Source: Octopus sinensis (lineage: Eukaryota). From it: a stretch of DNA of 64,000 nucleotides. The stretch spans positions 19,158,001-19,222,000 of the forward strand of contig NC_043020.1 in assembly GCF_006345805.1 (NCBI RefSeq), given 5' to 3'. The first letter of the stretch is position 1, and the number at the start of each line of letters is the position of its first letter. Below are positions 61,110-64,000 of the stretch, piece after piece. Position numbers and translations under genes: made by a program. The notes beneath the pieces were generated by a model, which was not told the origin of the DNA, made no database searches, and saw only the letters and a program-made list of their open reading frames with translations.

Positions 61110-61314
61110 CAATATGAGTTTGTATTTAGTTCTGGTTTATATTTTGGGATAAATGAAACATCTTTAATTAGTCGCATTAAAGCAAACATACAAACATACA
61201 ATTCACAATGGAACACAACGAAGAGGAATTCCCGTTCCTAGATATATTGGTTTAAAAAATTAAACCAAAAAAAAATAGAAACAGACATATATTACAAAAC
61301 TACAGACTCTAAAC
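61110..61314 (+). mobile_element. Penelope-like RT fragment of the classical Penelope/Poseidon/Neptune type, cut by the hAT insertion
   Basis: HTNIQFTMEHNEEEFPFLDILV*KIKPKKIETDIYYKTTDSK matches HP.I.FT.E.....LPFLD......TDIY.KPTD. Confidence 0.8.
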
Positions 61315-63273
61315 CAGTGTTTCTCAACCTCATTCTGGCCGTGGCCCCCTTTAATTCAACACGAAACCGTTATGGGCCCTTATGCCAATTTAAGTTTTTA
61401 TCCCCACTCTGTCCCTCAACTTAATGCTTCTAGAGAAGTAGAAAGCAACATTAAAATTTGTAGTTTTGCATCAAACATCCACCCCACTTGTAAATTCAAA
61501 AGAATAATTGAATAAATATTTCATTTAAATAAATTTATTTACAGTTACAAAGCAAAAAAATATGACGATTTCAGTTTATATTGCCTGATTTCAATGGGAT
61601 CCCTGTAACCGATGCAGGGTTACCAACATGTCAATGTTTGGTTTCCAAGCCGTCTGTGAGAGGCGTAAATCTCCTCTTCTTTCTACGTCAAGGCGATTTC
61701 GAGTCTTTGACAGTAGATACATCACCCGACTGAAACTTGACTCAACTAAATAAAATGTGGGAAAAGCGAGTAAAAGCAACTTAACGTTTCTCCAGAGTAA
61801 TGGGTACTTTTTCGAGATTTCATTCATCCACAGCTTCTGGCATCCTCCATACTTGAATCTTGCAAGAGCTGCCGTGTTATTTTGAAGTTCAATGAAGCTT
61901 TCTTGCATGTCAATATTGACTTTAGATGGATCAACAACGAAGGGATCCACAAACCACTGCGGCACCATCATTTGGAGTAGATCAAGTTGACAGCTTCGAT
62001 AACGTAAGTGCATCATTCAAATGTCCTGCTTTGTGTTTGGCAACCAGATTCTATCAATGAAGAACACAGTGCACGCAATGCACCTTAGGAACAGCTTTTT
62101 TTTTTTAGTAAGCACTGAATCCCCGATATCTTCCGATCATAGCAGCAGCGCCATCTGTTGCACAAGCCACAATGTTCTTCAATGGAATGTTGTTCTCTTC
62201 AAAATAGGCCTCAAGTTTTTTGAAGATGGATTCCCTTTTTGTGTCGGTCATTAATTTCAAAGCAAAAAGCAATTCTTGACATTAATAAACCCCAAAAATG
62301 CCATTAAAAACGCAAAATTATCAGGAGGAGTTGATTCATCTATTTGAAGTGAGAACTCAGTTACCCTAAGTTTTGAAGCTAATTGGCTTTCAACATCAGC
62401 TTCCATTTCATCAATCTGTCATGTTACTGATGAGTTGCTCAGAGGAATAACGCTAGTAACCTCTTGTGGACTCTGATCCATGACTGTTGAAATCACTACA
62501 GCCACTGCAGGCATGATCAAAGATGGTGTGAGGCTTCCCAGCTTTTGCAATTTAATTTGCTATCTTCTAAGAAGGCAACATTCCTTTGTCTACTTTTTCT
62601 GATTTTTGAGTGAACGTTTGATCCAATGTCATCCTTCCTTGAAATATCATCACGTAAACTTTTGAAGAAATCTAGTGGTTTGTCTTTCTTATCTCTATGT
62701 GTAGTCTCCAGATGTTTGTTTTTTTAGCTTGCAGCGACACAAACTTCCATTTGAGAATGAAGTCTTGCATAGCAGACACATAGGCATGGTAGAATTTTGA
62801 GGAGATTTAATGAATCCATAAGCAAGATATTCAACAGAATATTGTCTACCCTTTTTCAGACGCACTTGCCATGTTTATCTGAAATAACAAACAAATATTT
62901 TCAAAAAAGTTGAATAAACAAGCGGTTAGTTTCAAGCGTTTTCGTCATGGGTAAATACAGAGTAAGGAAAAACCAATATACCTTTTTAGCCAAGAATAAA
63001 ATTAGATCTAAAACCAAGTTTATAAAGTTAATACATTACGCAGTTAACTAAAGTAAAGGCTATATTAATCAGGAAAACAGATTAATATTTAAAATGATAA
63101 AAATAACAAGACAAAAATTCATCATTCTCTTTTCAGTTGACAATCCAGAAAGAAAATTAATTTGATGAAAAGAAACCAAGTTTTAAAAGTGATAGCTAAA
63201 GCAAGCGAGCTGGTAAAGTCATGGCTGATTAATTGTTGAATCAAACTTGAATTGTCAAAAAGAGTTTGCAAAG
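61315..63273 (-). mobile_element. Buster/Spin-type hAT DNA transposon; second terminus not in view
   Basis: TIR CAGTGTTTCTCAACC at 61315 preceded by CTCTAAAC (nnnTAnnn, typical Buster target); contains a decayed transposase. Confidence 0.88.
61591..62872 (-). pseudogene. Disrupted hAT transposase (BED finger, DDE, C-terminal dimerisation domain); SCAND3/ZBED5/FAM200-like family
   Basis: RQYSVEYLAYGF..PMCLLC, LQIDEST, ACATDGAAAM, VHCVLHR, FPTFYLVESSFS..RNRLDVERRGDLRL; multiple stops and frameshifts. Confidence 0.9.
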
Positions 63274-63275
63274 TA

Positions 63276-64000
63276 TCAGGTCATCCCATAAGTTCTGTCC
63301 GATTTTACCTTTTTTAAAACTGAATGAAATTTAATAGTATTTTAGAATGTCTAATGGAATTTAAAATTATTTGTATGCATTTGTGTACATTTAAACTAAT
63401 TAAATATTATTTTACAGGATAATAGAATTAAAATTTCTTTGATTAAAACCCTTTCTAACATGGAAATATCCAAAGAGCATTTGAGGAGCATAATTGCTTT
63501 ATGAGTACAAAAAAGGAAACTCTGCAGCTGAAGTGACTCGAAACATGCACTCAGTTTATGGGAAAGAATGCTTGAATGAAAGAACTCGCAGAAGATGGTT
63601 TGCAAAATTCAAAAGTGGAGATTTCAGCCTTGAAGATGATTGAACAGGATGTCCAGTTGAGTTTGATGATGAGCTCCTTGAGGCATTACTTGAAGAAAAT
63701 CCTGCATTATCAGTTGAAGAATTGGCAATAAAGCTTAGTTCAAACCATACAACTGTTCATCGTCATCTTCAATAATTTGGTGGGATTGCAAAGGAGTAAT
63801 TCACTTTGAATTGTTACCACCTAATGCAACAATCAATGCTCAAGTCTACTGTCAGAAAGCTTTGAAGAGAAAAAGACCCGCTTTAGTGAATCGAAAAGGA
63901 GTGATGTTTCATCAGGACAATGCGCGACCCCTCACTGCAAAGATCACATCACAGAAGATCGAAGAGCTTGGTTGGGAAAAAAATTTCTCATCCACCTTAT
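63276..64000 (+). mobile_element. Mariner (Mos1-like) element, internally deleted, runs off the window
   Basis: TA|TCAGGTCATCCCATAAG TIR; ATG at 63460 MEISKEHLR..YEYKKGNSAAE..RWFAKFKSGDFSLED, then WDCKGVIHFELLP..FHQDNARP..HPPY; frameshifts, stops and loss of the WVPHEL/first Asp region. Confidence 0.9.

Noticed and set aside
61591-62872. Domesticated SCAND3/ZBED5/FAM200-type host gene
   Set aside because: Multiple stops and frameshifts, and a TIR with target site is present, so it is a dead transposon copy.
63460-64000. Functional mariner transposase or SETMAR-like gene
   Set aside because: Frameshift after codon about 12, internal stops, deletion of the central region and no SET domain.

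Overview
AT-rich eukaryotic genomic DNA packed with microsatellites and transposable elements. The SINE families and (TA)n/(CA)n/(ATT)n density point to a cephalopod, most likely Octopus (inferred from recognised repeats, not from a search). I found no intact host gene, rRNA, true tRNA or CRISPR array. Nearly all long ORFs in the track are microsatellite read-through. Recurrent repeat families use my working labels. A: about 230 bp tRNA-derived SINE, GGCGAGCTGGCAGAA head. B: 400-480 bp SINE with an internal microsatellite. C: tRNA/CORE-like SINE. D: CpG-rich tRNA-head SINE. E: CTGCTAGAAATAGCAG repeat with an (AAC)n tail. F: (GAT)n-tailed RTE-type 3' end. Also present are decayed RTE, R4/Dong and Penelope-like retroelements, hAT, piggyBac and Tc1/mariner MITEs, Helitron-like elements, a decayed Buster-type hAT transposase and a mariner running off the right edge. 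A near-identical 1.83 kb tandem duplication may be an assembly artefact, and there is a 100-N gap. The most unusual signals are a set of long fold-back palindromes (several built from family E), a mariner-type MITE wrapped around a SINE tail fragment, a CpG-rich orphan insert in a SINE B-box, and two unusual tandem arrays. Coordinates of degenerate repeats are approximate (about +/-10-20 bp).
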